A stretch of 64,000 nucleotides of DNA from Acidobacteriota bacterium (GTDB lineage: Bacteria; Acidobacteriota; UBA4820; DSQY01): NCBI GenBank assembly GCA_049968315.1, contig JBMFRA010000007.1:4025-68024 (forward strand), read 5' to 3'. Position 1 is the stretch's first letter. Each line of letters begins with the position of its first letter. The notes under the pieces were generated by a model. It searched no databases. It saw only the letters and a list, made by a program, of their open reading frames with translations, and was not told the origin of the DNA. A program made the position numbers and the translations under genes. Shown here piece by piece: positions 1 to 9,737 of this stretch.

Positions 1-2
1 CC

Positions 3-359
3 TTGAAGGCCGAGTCCCTGCGGGCGGAGGCCCGGGCCCGGGACGCCGAGACGGCGGTCTCGGCGGGGCTGGGCTTCTTGGGAGGCCTTCTGGGGGGCCG
101 CCGGAGCCTGGGGGGCGCCATCTCCCGAACCCTCTCCAAGAAGCGCATGGCCGACCGGGTGGACGACCGGCTGCGCCTCCTGGAAGCGGAGAGGGCGGAA
201 GCCACGGCCCGCCTCGAGGAGGTGGAGGGGCGGATCCGGCAGGCGGAGGGCTCCCCTCCGCCCCCCCTGCCGCCCTCCTTCGAGACCGTCACCGTGGCGG
301 CACCCAAGAGCGGCGTCACAGTTCTCCGCACGGCCCTGCTCTGGCGGGCAGGGGGGTGA
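3..359 (+). CDS. hypothetical protein, C-terminal fragment (gene begins upstream of the window)
   Basis: The frame is open from the window edge to TGA 357-359. It has strong G/C third-position bias like the confident genes here and a coiled-coil-like segment (LLEAERAEATARLEEVEGRIRQAE). No family recognised. Confidence 0.45.
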   Translation: MKAESLRAEARARDAETAVSAGLGFLGGLLGGRRSLGGAISRTLSKKRMADRVDDRLRLLEAERAEATARLEEVEGRIRQAEGSPPPPLPPSFETVTVAAPKSGVTVLRTALLWRAGG

Positions 360-371
360 CCCGGCGGCCCC

Positions 372-1787
372 TCACCCCTTCAGCACGGCGAGGGGCCGCA
401 TGGAGGCCACGACGCGGGCGAGGCACGCCCCCTCCACCACCTCGATGACGGCGTCGATGTCCTTGTAGGCCTGGGGCGCCTCTTCCTTCACCCCGTGGCG
501 GTCCTCGCAGATCAGGGTGATCCCCTCCATGGCCCTGCGGAAATCCTCGTCGGAAATGAGCCCCGGCTGGAGAACCTTGCCGTCGCGGCGGCGGACCTTC
601 CCGGCGGCGGCGGTGCGGCTCATGCGGCGCCCGGCACCGTGGTTGGTGGAGCAGAGGGCCCGCTCGTTCTCGGGGACCCCCGCCAAGAGGTACGAACGGC
701 TCCCCATGGATCCGGGGATGAGGACCGGCTGGCCCGTCCGGGCGAAGGGGGTATGGGCCATCCGGAGGGCGGAGAAGGCGCGGGTGGCGCCCTTCCGGTG
801 GACCCAGAGGTCCCTTCCGCCGTGGCGCTCCAGCTTGGCCATGTTGTGGGGGACGTCGTAGAGGAGCTCCACCTCCGCCCCGGGGTAGTGATGGAGGAGG
901 TTCTTGCGCACCAGCGCCGCCATGACGTGGCGGTTGGCGAAGGCCAGGTTGGCGCCGGCGTGCATGGCGCCGAGGTAGCGCCTGCCTTCGGGGGATTGGA
1001 CGGGCATGTAGCAGAGCTCCCGGCTGGGGTGGGGTTCGGCGTAGCGGCGGGAGCGCGCCAGGCTCATGTACTCCTCGCCCACCTGGTGGCCGAAGCCGCG
1101 GCTGCCCGAGTGGATCATGACCACCAGCTGGCCTTGGAAGAGGCCCCAGGCCGAGGCGGTCTCGCCGTCCACGACGTCCACCACCTCCTGGAGCTCGATG
1201 AAGTGGTTGCCGCCCCCCAGGGTTCCCAGCTGGAACTGCCCCCGCTCCAGGGCCCGCTCCGAGAGGGCGGAGGGGTCCCCCGCCATGGAGCCCCCCTCCT
1301 CCATGCGGGGCAGCAGGCGCAGGGTTTCCCGCCCGCCGAGGAAGTCCCAGACGGGGTGGTCCCGGCGGCGGATCCCGGCCAGGGCCGGGACCCCGTGGGC
1401 GAGGACCTCCAGGAACTCCTGCCGGTCCAGGGGAACGTTCCGCTTCCCCTCCCCCAGGGGGATGTCCCGGCGGATGGAGCGGGCCAGGAGGGCGGGGTCC
1501 GCCTCCCGGGCCACGAGGTTCGTCGTGAGGACCCGCATGCCGCAGTTGATGTCGTACCCCACGGCGGCGGGGATCACCACCTCCTCCGTCGCCACCACGC
1601 ACCCGATGGGGACGCCGAAGCCCACGTGGATGTCCGGCGTGGCCAGGACCTTGGCCACCGTGGGGATGCGGCAGGCGTCTTTCAATTGGCGAAGGGCGGT
1701 CTCCTCCGCCGGGATGCGGTCGGAAATGTACAGGGTGGCGGGGACCCGCATGTCCCCCTCCCGCGGCAGGACCCTCTCGTAGCCCAT
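372..1787 (-). CDS. rtcB: RNA-splicing ligase RtcB
   Basis: 471-aa ORF with RtcB hallmarks DIHVGFGVPIG, GGGNHFIELQ and NHGAGRRMSR. SD GGGAGG lies just upstream of the ATG. Confidence 0.95.
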   Translation of the reverse strand: MGYERVLPREGDMRVPATLYISDRIPAEETALRQLKDACRIPTVAKVLATPDIHVGFGVPIGCVVATEEVVIPAAVGYDINCGMRVLTTNLVAREADPALLARSIRRDIPLGEGKRNVPLDRQEFLEVLAHGVPALAGIRRRDHPVWDFLGGRETLRLLPRMEEGGSMAGDPSALSERALERGQFQLGTLGGGNHFIELQEVVDVVDGETASAWGLFQGQLVVMIHSGSRGFGHQVGEEYMSLARSRRYAEPHPSRELCYMPVQSPEGRRYLGAMHAGANLAFANRHVMAALVRKNLLHHYPGAEVELLYDVPHNMAKLERHGGRDLWVHRKGATRAFSALRMAHTPFARTGQPVLIPGSMGSRSYLLAGVPENERALCSTNHGAGRRMSRTAAAGKVRRRDGKVLQPGLISDEDFRRAMEGITLICEDRHGVKEEAPQAYKDIDAVIEVVEGACLARVVASMRPLAVLKG

Positions 1788-1966
1788 GGCGCCTCCCTTC
1801 CCAATGTAGGTCCCTCCCCCCGGGCGAGGCTACCCCCGCCGGAGGCCGGCGGAATCATGACAAAATGGCGCACGATGCTGTGTCAAAATGGCCCAGCTCA
1901 CCCGCTGACCGGCGGCCCCGAGGGGGGATCTGGCGGATTTTCAGGGATAAAGGTGGGAAGGGCCCA

Positions 1967-1982
1967 TGGCACGGGCCTTGCT
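1967..1982 (+). promoter_or_regulatory. sigma-54 (RpoN) type -24/-12 promoter element upstream of the OM beta-barrel gene
   Basis: TGGCAC-GGGCC-TTGCT matches the consensus TGGCAC-N5-TTGCW with correct GG-N10-GC spacing. It sits in an intergenic region 76 nt upstream of ATG 2057. Confidence 0.5.
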
Positions 1983-2056
1983 ATTAAGGGGCCGCTCCGG
2001 ACCCGGCTCCGGCGCGCGAAGCGAGTGGGAAGAAGTTCTCGAAAGGAGGAAAGCGC

Positions 2057-2596
2057 ATGAAGAAGCTCCTCGCCATTACCGCCCTCCTCGCCGCCACGGC
2101 GGTGGCGGCGGCGGCCCAGAGTCCCGAAAACCCCTGGGCCTACCAGTTCCAGCTGGGGTACAACACTTCCACCAAGAACCTCGACAACGGATGGCTCTCG
2201 AGAACCGGCTTTTCCTACGGCTTTTCCGACGCGTTCCGCCTCAACGTGGACCTGGGGTACTGGGAGGGGAAGATCAAGCACTCCGGAGAAAAGGACCACC
2301 TCTGGACCCTCATGGTCTCGCCGGAGTACGTCTACAAGTTGTCCGATTCGGACCAGGTGTACGGCCTCGTGGGTGTGGGCGCCGTCCGGAACGACTCCAA
2401 GACCGTGGCGTGGAACGGCATCCCCACCCGCCTGGAAGGGACCACCAAGCTGGCGGAGCAGGCGGCCGTCGGCTACCGGCACTTCTTCACCAAGGCCTTC
2501 GGCCTCACCGCCCAGGCCACCTACACCCACTTCAAACTGTACGGGGAGAACCTCAACCCCGTGGACGCCAGCGTGGGTCTGGTCTACCGCTTCTAA
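2057..2596 (+). CDS. outer-membrane beta-barrel protein (small porin/OmpW-like fold)
   Basis: Signal peptide MKKLLAITALLAATAVAAAAQ, alternating amphipathic strands and a C-terminal aromatic end (...VGLVYRF). SD AAGGAGG upstream. Confidence 0.8.
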   Translation: MKKLLAITALLAATAVAAAAQSPENPWAYQFQLGYNTSTKNLDNGWLSRTGFSYGFSDAFRLNVDLGYWEGKIKHSGEKDHLWTLMVSPEYVYKLSDSDQVYGLVGVGAVRNDSKTVAWNGIPTRLEGTTKLAEQAAVGYRHFFTKAFGLTAQATYTHFKLYGENLNPVDASVGLVYRF

Positions 2597-2626
2597 GATC
2601 GCGCGCCGCGCCGGGCGGAAGGCGGC

Positions 2627-2663
2627 GGGGGGGCCCTTCGGGGCCCCCCTTCTCCTTTTTTTT
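2627..2663. terminator. intrinsic terminator between convergent OMP gene and mscL
   Basis: 9-bp GC stem GGGGGGCCC / GGGCCCCCC with a TTCG loop, followed by TTCTCCTTTTTTTT. The T-tract runs into the mscL stop codon. Confidence 0.7.
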
Positions 2664-3096
2664 ACGGGGCCAACTCCGAGGTGCAGAAGGCGCACCGGGA
2701 AGCCCTCAGCGGAACCTTCGAGAGGCAGTGGGGGCACTCCTTCGTGGCGGGGGGCGGAGGCGCCTCGGCCCTCCGGAGCCGGTTCATGGTCCTCACCACC
2801 AGGAAGATGGCGAAGGCCACGAGGACGAAATCCACCACCGTTTGCAGGAAGAGCCCGTAGTTCAGCGTGGCGGCGCCGGCCTCCTTGGCGGCCTTCAGGC
2901 TGTCGTAGTGCCCGCCCGAGAGGCTGACGTAGAGGTTGGAAAAGTCGGCCTTGCCCAGGAGGAGGCCGATGGGGGGCATGAGCACGTCGGTCACGAAGGA
3001 GGAGACGATCTTGCCGAAGGCCCCCCCGATGACCACGCCCACCGCCATGTCCATCACGTTCCCGCGAAGGGCAAATTCCTTGAAATCCCCGAGCAT
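2662..3096 (-). CDS. mscL: large-conductance mechanosensitive channel MscL with a C-terminal CxxC-x10-CxxC tail
   Basis: Only the last 144 codons of track ORF 2662..5121 look real. The N-terminus [31 protein letters not shown] is the MscL signature and two TM helices follow. ATG at 3096. Confidence 0.93.
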   Translation of the reverse strand: MLGDFKEFALRGNVMDMAVGVVIGGAFGKIVSSFVTDVLMPPIGLLLGKADFSNLYVSLSGGHYDSLKAAKEAGAATLNYGLFLQTVVDFVLVAFAIFLVVRTMNRLRRAEAPPPPATKECPHCLSKVPLRASRCAFCTSELAP

Positions 3097-3195
3097 CCAG
3101 CTACCTCCCTGAAAAGACCGGCCACCCCATGGTGTAGACTGCGTCCAAATTCCACCACGGAGGCGCGGGTTTGTCCACCCCGTAAGGAGGCCCCC

Positions 3196-4515
3196 ATGGC
3201 GAAGAAGACGGCGAGAACCGGGAATGGCCACGGAGAAGGGGCCACCGGGCTCCCTTTCCGGGAGTTCTTCCACACGGAAGCCTTCGGCGGTGTCCTCCTG
3301 CTCATCGCCACCCTGACGGCCCTCCTCTGGGCCAACGGGCCCTGGGCCGCTTCCTACCGGGCGGTCTTCTCCTCGCCGGTCACCGTGGGGGCGGGCCCCT
3401 TCCTCCTCGTGAAACCCCTTCTCCTCTGGATCAACGACGGGCTCATGGCCGTCTTCTTCTTCGTCGTGGGGTTGGAGATCAAGCGGGAGATCCTGGTGGG
3501 GGAACTGGCCTCTCCTTCCAAGGCCCTCCTTCCCATCGCCGGCGCCCTGGGGGGCATGGCGGCCCCCGCGCTCCTCTACGCCGCCCTTGCCAGAAGCGGA
3601 CCGGAGGCCGCGGGATGGGGGATCCCCATGGCCACGGACATCGCCTTCGCCCTGGGGGTGCTGGCCCTTCTCGGAGACCGGGTTCCCCCTTCGTTGAAGG
3701 TCTTCTTGGCGGCTCTGGCCATCGTGGATGACATGGGGGCCGTGCTCGTCATCGCCATTTTCTACAGCCACGGCGTCGCCCTCTCCTACCTGTCGGCGGG
3801 GCTGGCCCTGCTCCTGGCCCTGGCCGCCGCCGGGGCCCTGGGTCTTCGAAGGACGTCGTTCTTCCTCGGCACGGGGGTGGTGGTCTGGTTCTGCTTCCTG
3901 AAATCGGGTATCCACCCCACCGTGGCGGGCGTCCTTCTGGCCGTGACCATCCCCGCCCGCGTGAAGGCGGAGGGGGGCACCTTCCTCGACCGGGCCCGGA
4001 AGAGCCTCGGGAAGTTCGCCTCCGAGACGGGTGGAGGTGCGCTGTTGACGCCGGGCCAGCACGGGGCCCTCCTGGAGCTCCAGGAGGCTGCGGAGGCGGC
4101 CTCCTCTCCGCTCCAGCGCTTGGAGCACGCCCTCCACCCCTGGGTCACCTTCGCAATCATGCCCCTCTTCGCACTGGCCAACGCCGGGGTCCGCCTGGAC
4201 CTCGGGGATCCCTCGGGCCTCTGGGGTCCGGTGACAGCGGGGGCGGCCCTCGGCCTCCTCTTGGGAAAGCCGGTGGGGGTCCTCCTCGGGGCCTACGCAG
4301 TGGTTCGACCGGGCCTCTGCGCCATGCCCCAGGGGGCCACGTGGCGGACCCTGGCAGGCGTGGGATGCCTGGCGGGCATTGGATTCACCATGGCCCTCTT
4401 CATCGCCGCCCTCGCCTTCGGAGACGGGCCCCTCCTCACCCAGGCCAAGGTGGGGATCCTGGGCGCCTCGACGGTGGCGGGAGCGGCCGGGGCTCTGCTC
4501 CTCCGCCGGTCCTAG
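3196..4515 (+). CDS. nhaA: Na+/H+ antiporter NhaA
   Basis: 439-aa polytopic protein with NhaA motifs [32 protein letters not shown] and [18 protein letters not shown] lies 6 nt upstream of ATG 3196. Confidence 0.93.
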   Translation: MAKKTARTGNGHGEGATGLPFREFFHTEAFGGVLLLIATLTALLWANGPWAASYRAVFSSPVTVGAGPFLLVKPLLLWINDGLMAVFFFVVGLEIKREILVGELASPSKALLPIAGALGGMAAPALLYAALARSGPEAAGWGIPMATDIAFALGVLALLGDRVPPSLKVFLAALAIVDDMGAVLVIAIFYSHGVALSYLSAGLALLLALAAAGALGLRRTSFFLGTGVVVWFCFLKSGIHPTVAGVLLAVTIPARVKAEGGTFLDRARKSLGKFASETGGGALLTPGQHGALLELQEAAEAASSPLQRLEHALHPWVTFAIMPLFALANAGVRLDLGDPSGLWGPVTAGAALGLLLGKPVGVLLGAYAVVRPGLCAMPQGATWRTLAGVGCLAGIGFTMALFIAALAFGDGPLLTQAKVGILGASTVAGAAGALLLRRS

Positions 4516-5489
4516 CGGGGCTCCGAGGCCCAGTCGGTGTGGGGCTGGCGGTTTTCCACCAGGTACTTCCAGAGCAGCCAGCCGTAGCGGCGCTCGGGCA
4601 CGGCCCGCCTTTCGAAGAAGGGGCGGAGGGCGCCGTTCAACTTCCGGAGGTTGTAGAAGGGAACCCCCGGGAAGTAGTGGTGCTCCAGGTGGTAGGCGGA
4701 CCACAGGAAGAGAAGGTCCCAGAGCCGGGAAGGGCGCATCCGCGTCCCCCAGCGGGCCGGATCGGAAGGGGAGACCTCGTAGTGCTGGCCCAAGCGGTTG
4801 AGCCCGAAGGCCAGCGGAAAGCCGAAGAGGTAGGGCACCAGGTAAAGCCGGAGCAGGAGGCTCCATCCTCCCGCCCTGTACAGAAGTAGGGCGGCGGTGG
4901 CGTGGACCGCGACGTTCAAGGTGCGTTCGCCGGCGATCCTCCGCCGAAGGCCCCTGTCGTAGGTGGCCGCCTCCCGCCGCGCCGCTCGGAAGTAGAGGAA
5001 GAAGAGCGCGGGGGTGAAGTAGAGGGCCTTGAGCCAGCGGGCGTTGCGCTTTGGGGAGAGGTGGTGGCGCTTGGGGTCCTCGGTGGGGCTGCCCAGTCCG
5101 CCGTGGTGGTCGAGGTGCCACCTCTGGAACTGGGAGGGGGAGATCCCCGAGGGGAGGGCGTACAGGAGGGCGAGGAGGCGTGCCGCCCCGGTGCGCCTTC
5201 TGGGAAAGACCAGGTGGTGGACCACTTCGTGGAGCAGAACGGTGCTGTCGAAGAAGAGGAGGCCGAGGAGGAGCGAGAGGGGGAACCAGACCGGGAGCGG
5301 AAGGGGGAGGGAGAGGACCGCGGCGAGGGCCGCCCCCGAGAGGACCATCGCCAGGACGACGAGCCCATGGCGGAGCGGGGAGAGGCGGTGGAGGTCCCGC
5401 AGGAGGTCTCGGTCCAACGCCCGCTGGAGCTCTTCCCGGAGGCCCGCCGTGTGGGCGGCCCAGTGGGAGGGGCCCTTCCCCGCCGCCAC
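4512..5489 (-). CDS. membrane fatty-acid desaturase family protein (di-iron, three His boxes)
   Basis: His boxes HEVVHH, HLDHH and HLEHH in the canonical order, with TM segments between them. GTG start 5489 lies 4 nt after the DUF3501 stop, and its SD (GGGGGGAG) is inside the end of the upstream gene. Confidence 0.85.
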   Translation of the reverse strand: MAAGKGPSHWAAHTAGLREELQRALDRDLLRDLHRLSPLRHGLVVLAMVLSGAALAAVLSLPLPLPVWFPLSLLLGLLFFDSTVLLHEVVHHLVFPRRRTGAARLLALLYALPSGISPSQFQRWHLDHHGGLGSPTEDPKRHHLSPKRNARWLKALYFTPALFFLYFRAARREAATYDRGLRRRIAGERTLNVAVHATAALLLYRAGGWSLLLRLYLVPYLFGFPLAFGLNRLGQHYEVSPSDPARWGTRMRPSRLWDLLFLWSAYHLEHHYFPGVPFYNLRKLNGALRPFFERRAVPERRYGWLLWKYLVENRQPHTDWASEPR

Positions 5490-5493
5490 GGCG

Positions 5494-6072
5494 TCACTCC
5501 CCCCGGAGATCGGCCAGGAGTTCGCGGCGCAGGGAATCGGGGACCTCCACCTCCGCCCGGGCCGCCGGGTGGTCCACCCCCAGCCGGAGGGGAGCCCCCG
5601 CCGCCAGGGCCTCCACGGCGGTGGGGGGAAGGTCGAAGGTCAGGTAGTGGACGGTGCTGGTGTAGTCCTCCCGGCTTCGGCCCTCCTCGCCCCGGGCCTG
5701 GATGTGCGCCGTCCCCACCCGGGCGTAGACGGCGTTCTCGATGCCCACGAGCCGGGGCAGGGCCCGCTTGAGACCTTCGAGGTCGGGGATCTCGATGTAC
5801 AGGGTGGCCTTCCACTGGCCGGGTCCGGGCACCAGCGGGGCATAGGTCCTGAGTTCCTCCAGGATCTGCTCCTCGTCCACCATGCGTTCGGCGCGCATCA
5901 TCTCTTGGATCTGGTACCAGACGGTCCTCCGGTTTTCGAAGAGCAGGGTGAGGACGGGGTCCAGGGAGATCCTCCGCCGGTCCTTGAGGGCCATGATCTC
6001 CGCGCGGACGGCCCTGCGCCGCCGTTCGTACTCGGCGATGTCCAAAATCTCAGAGCGGGAAACCGGTTCCAT
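5494..6072 (-). CDS. DUF3501 family protein
   Basis: 192 aa. The sequence (LLFENRRTVWYQIQEMMRAERM...) and the position next to a CCG-type Fe-S protein and rubrerythrin match my memory of DUF3501. SD AAGGAGA upstream. Confidence 0.7.
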   Translation of the reverse strand: MEPVSRSEILDIAEYERRRRAVRAEIMALKDRRRISLDPVLTLLFENRRTVWYQIQEMMRAERMVDEEQILEELRTYAPLVPGPGQWKATLYIEIPDLEGLKRALPRLVGIENAVYARVGTAHIQARGEEGRSREDYTSTVHYLTFDLPPTAVEALAAGAPLRLGVDHPAARAEVEVPDSLRRELLADLRGE

Positions 6073-6082
6073 GGTGTCTCCT

Positions 6083-7366
6083 TCATTCGATTCCGTAGGC
6101 CCGGGCCAGGAGGAGCAGGGGGTGCAACGCTTCCCGGCCGGTACCGTGGGTGATCTGGAGGCCCGAGAGGGGGCATTCGGTGACCAGCGTCCCCCGGGCC
6201 TCCTTGGCGCGGCCCAGGAGCTTGCGGCCGACCTTCATGGAGTCGTCGTAGGTTTCCAGCCGGATGCCGTAGGTGCCGTCGTGGCCGGAGCAGGCGTCCA
6301 GCACCTTCACGGTGGTCCCCGGCAGGTCCTTGAAGAGGTCCCGGCCCTTGAAGCCCGCCCCCATCTGCTTGAGGTGGCAGGGAAGGTGGTAGGCCACCTC
6401 GCCCAGCGGGCGGGGCTCTCCCTTGGGCCAGAGCCCCCGGCTCTTCAAGTCGGCCAGGTAGTCGAAGAGGTCCCGCACCGCCCCGGCCACCGCCTTCGCC
6501 TCCTCCCCCGGGACCAGGAGGGGGTACTCGCGGCTAAGGGCCATGGCGCAAGAGGAGACGGGGGCAATGACGGCCAACCCCTGCTGGACGTAAGGAAGGA
6601 GCGCCTTCACGTTGCGCCGGGCCTTGGCCGCCGCCGTCTCGAGGTCCCCGATGTCGAAGGAAGGGATGCCGCAGCAGTCCAGACCTTCGGGGAGCAGGAC
6701 CTCCACGGAGCAGGCGTTGAGAAAACGGACCAGCACTTCCCCCAGCTCGGGGTAGTTGGCGTCCACGAGGCAGGTGGTGAAGAGGACCACGCGCTCCTTG
6801 GCTTCGGAGGGCTTGGGGAGCTTCCGGAAGCGGGAGGTGAAGGTCCGGAAGGCCACGGGCGGAAGGGGGGCGTCGGGGTGGATCCGAAGGAGGGGAGCCA
6901 TGGCCTTCCGGGCCAGCCGGTTCTGGTTGGCGGCGTTGGCCAAGGGGGCCAAGGGCCGGGCCTTTCGGGCCATTCCCGCGGGGTCGGCCAGCATCCGGGC
7001 GGCGAGGGAGGCCCCCTTCTCCTTGAAGACCACCGCTTTGTGGCGGAGGGCCAGGTGGGGAAAGTCGAGCCGAAACTCGTGGGGCGGGGTGTAGGGACAC
7101 TTGGTGTAGCAAAGCTTGCAGTAGAAGCAGGGGGCCATCACCGCCCCCAGGTCGTCGTCGGTGAGCGCCTCGGCGGAGATGTCCCTGGAATCGAGAAGGT
7201 CGAAGAGAATGTCGAAGGAGGGGCACAGGCCGGCGCAGAGCCGACACCCGTGGCAGATTTCGAAGATCCTCCTCTCCTCGGCGTAGAGGTCCTTCCGGTC
7301 GTAGAAGGCCGGATCCTGCGGATTGAAGACGAATTCGGTGATTCCTCCCAGGTCCTTTCCGCTCAT
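6083..7366 (-). CDS. (Fe-S)-binding protein, heterodisulfide-reductase/GlcF-like with CCG domains
   Basis: Two ferredoxin-type Cys clusters ([21 protein letters not shown]) followed by two Cys-rich CCG-type domains ([18 protein letters not shown]). Confidence 0.85.
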   Translation of the reverse strand: MSGKDLGGITEFVFNPQDPAFYDRKDLYAEERRIFEICHGCRLCAGLCPSFDILFDLLDSRDISAEALTDDDLGAVMAPCFYCKLCYTKCPYTPPHEFRLDFPHLALRHKAVVFKEKGASLAARMLADPAGMARKARPLAPLANAANQNRLARKAMAPLLRIHPDAPLPPVAFRTFTSRFRKLPKPSEAKERVVLFTTCLVDANYPELGEVLVRFLNACSVEVLLPEGLDCCGIPSFDIGDLETAAAKARRNVKALLPYVQQGLAVIAPVSSCAMALSREYPLLVPGEEAKAVAGAVRDLFDYLADLKSRGLWPKGEPRPLGEVAYHLPCHLKQMGAGFKGRDLFKDLPGTTVKVLDACSGHDGTYGIRLETYDDSMKVGRKLLGRAKEARGTLVTECPLSGLQITHGTGREALHPLLLLARAYGIE

Positions 7367-7433
7367 GGTCCACCCCCCTCGCGGCGGTCCGGAAGGCGGC
7401 GGAGGGGCCGCCCCCCGGAAGCCGCTGTCCCCT

Positions 7434-7853
<420 letters not shown>

Positions 7854-7854
7854 C

Positions 7855-8256
7855 TTACACCTCCTTGTCCAGAAATGGGTGTCTCACCGCGGCGCACGCC
7901 GCGCAGGTCCCACGAACGGTGATTTCCCAGGCCTCGGGGGTGAACCCCTCCGGAAGGGTGAACCGGCACCGGTCTTCCCTCCCCACGGGGACGTCCCAGA
8001 GGCGGCCGCACGTTTGGCACACCACATGGTAGTGGGGGGAGCCGTTGGCGTCAAAGCGTTCGGCGCCCCCCTTGAGGCGGACCTTCCGCACGCTACCCTC
8101 GGCCACCAGAAGCTCCAGGTTCCGGTAGAGGCTGGAGAGGCTGGCGGCGCCGTAGCGCGATCGGTAACGCCCCCAGAGTTCCGCCGCGCTGGGGTGGTCG
8201 TGGCACCCCCGAAGGAGGTCGAGGAGTTGTTGCCGTTGGGGACTGCGCCTCGCCAT
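7855..8256 (-). CDS. Fur family transcriptional regulator, PerR-like
   Basis: 133 aa, the last part of track ORF 7855..8715. Winged-helix N-terminus, then HYHVVCQTCG and a GTCAAC CxxC pair. The stop is 1 nt from the rubrerythrin start. Confidence 0.85.
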   Translation of the reverse strand: MARRSPQRQQLLDLLRGCHDHPSAAELWGRYRSRYGAASLSSLYRNLELLVAEGSVRKVRLKGGAERFDANGSPHYHVVCQTCGRLWDVPVGREDRCRFTLPEGFTPEAWEITVRGTCAACAAVRHPFLDKEV

Positions 8257-8265
8257 TGGGAACCT

Positions 8266-8289
8266 TTCCAAGAATCCTTCCAACAATCC
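8266..8289. repeat. tandem 12-nt direct repeat just upstream of the perR-like start
   Basis: TTCCAAGAATCC followed immediately by TTCCAACAATCC (11/12 identical), 10-33 nt upstream of the start codon in a locally AT-richer patch. Confidence 0.6.
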
Positions 8290-8417
8290 GAGCCTGCTTC
8301 TATTCCTTACGCCTCCTCCTTCCCCCCCTTTCGCCTTCCCGTCCTTCCCCGTGGACGTCCCCCACCCCACCCGGCGCCGGCCTTGAGGAACGGCGCCAGG
8401 CTCCGTACACTGAACCC

Positions 8418-9737
8418 ATGGGACGTATGCACGCCCTCGCCGCCCTGCTCGCCCTGCTCGCCTTGGCCGGGGCCTGCGCCCGAAGGCCCCCTGAGTCCCT
8501 CCCCGCCCCCACCGCCCCGCCGGAGCCCGCCGCACCCCCGGTCCCCGTTCCCGAGGCGATTCCCCCTGTGCCGCAGGGGCCGGCCTTCGTGGAGGTTCCC
8601 TGGGAGGAGGCGGGGGGCCTGCCCTTGGACGACCTCGCCTTTGGGGAGTTGGAGCCGGCCCTCCGGCAGAGCCTCGCCTGGCTGGAGCGGCTTCCGGAGG
8701 GGCGGCGCCTCGCACTGGGGACGGGCTCCGTCGGGGCCGGCGTGGTGGCCCGGGGCATCCGGGAGCTCCTCGCCATCCTCGCCGAAGCCCCCGCCGGCGG
8801 CGAAGCCCGGGCGGCGGCCATCCGCAGCCGCCTCCGCCTGGTGGCCGCCCCCGGGCCCCTCCTGCTCACCGGGTACTACGAGCCGGTCCTGGAGGGGCGG
8901 CTCCAGCCCGATGCCCGCTTCCGCTTTCCCCTGTACCGCCGCCCGCCGGACCTGGTGTCCGCCGAGGGAACCCCCGCCTCCGGGGCGGGCGCCGCGGGGC
9001 GGGTCTACGGGCGCCTGGAGGAGGGGCGGCTGGTTCCCTACTACACCCGGGAGGAGATCGACGGGGGAGGCGTTCTCAAGAACCGCGGCCTGGAGATCGC
9101 GTGGCTCGAGGACCCGGTGGACGTCTTCTTCCTCCAGGTCCAGGGGTCGGGGCGGCTGCGCCTGGAAGACGGGAGGGTGGTGAGGGTCCAGTTCGACGGG
9201 AAGAACGGCCACCCCTACACGAGCCTGGGCGCCCACCTGGCCGCGGAGGGCCTCCTTCCCCAGGAGAAGGCCTCCATGCAGGAGATCCGGCGGCTTCTCT
9301 CCACTCTCCCCGAAGCGGAACGCCAGCGGCACCTCTCGGTGAACCCCGCCTACACCTTCTTCCGGCTGGAGGAGGGGGAGGCCCCGCTGGGAAGCCTCGG
9401 CGTGCCCCTGACGCCGGGGCGGTCCCTGGCGGTGGACGGGTCCGTCTACCCCCAGGGGGCGGTGGGGCTCCTGATTTCCAGCCTTCCGGTGGTGACGCCC
9501 GAGGGGCTCCTGGCGGGCTGGGTACCCTTCCGACGCTTCGTGGCCTTCCAGGATGCGGGGGGTGCCATCCTGGGGGCCGGGAGGGCCGACCTCTTCTGCG
9601 GGGCGGGGGAGGGGGCGGAGGCGGTGGCGGGGCGGCTGAAGGCCCCCGGGCGCCTGCTGGTCCTATTGCCGAAGGATGCCGATTGGGAGGCCGGCGGCGC
9701 GGGTCAGAGACCGGAAGGGGAGGCGGCCTTGAAGTAA
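8418..9737 (+). CDS. mltA: murein transglycosylase A (MltA family lytic transglycosylase)
   Basis: Lipoprotein-like signal (LALLALAGAC) and MltA/3D-domain motifs LTGYYEP, FFLQVQGSG, TPGRSLAVD and QDAGGAILGAGRADLFCG. Confidence 0.88.
   Translation: MGRMHALAALLALLALAGACARRPPESLPAPTAPPEPAAPPVPVPEAIPPVPQGPAFVEVPWEEAGGLPLDDLAFGELEPALRQSLAWLERLPEGRRLALGTGSVGAGVVARGIRELLAILAEAPAGGEARAAAIRSRLRLVAAPGPLLLTGYYEPVLEGRLQPDARFRFPLYRRPPDLVSAEGTPASGAGAAGRVYGRLEEGRLVPYYTREEIDGGGVLKNRGLEIAWLEDPVDVFFLQVQGSGRLRLEDGRVVRVQFDGKNGHPYTSLGAHLAAEGLLPQEKASMQEIRRLLSTLPEAERQRHLSVNPAYTFFRLEEGEAPLGSLGVPLTPGRSLAVDGSVYPQGAVGLLISSLPVVTPEGLLAGWVPFRRFVAFQDAGGAILGAGRADLFCGAGEGAEAVAGRLKAPGRLLVLLPKDADWEAGGAGQRPEGEAALK

Noticed and set aside
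1866-1880. TGGCGC-ACGAT-GCTG as another sigma-54 site
   Set aside because: The GG to GC spacing is 8 nt instead of 10, and the -12 element lacks TTGC.
1788-1960. A sigma-54/RtcR-type promoter for rtcB, or rtcA/rtcR partners
   Set aside because: No TGCAA-N5-GTGCCA (minus-strand -12/-24) was found in the rtcB upstream region. No rtcA, archease or rtcR gene is in the window. rtcB appears to stand alone.
3097-5121. Upstream 675 codons of track ORF 2662..5121, which would make a giant MscL fusion
   Set aside because: Only the last 144 codons look like protein (MscL). The rest is antisense to nhaA and out of frame with the desaturase gene, with PRG-rich composition. A proper ATG with the MscL N-terminus exists at 3096.
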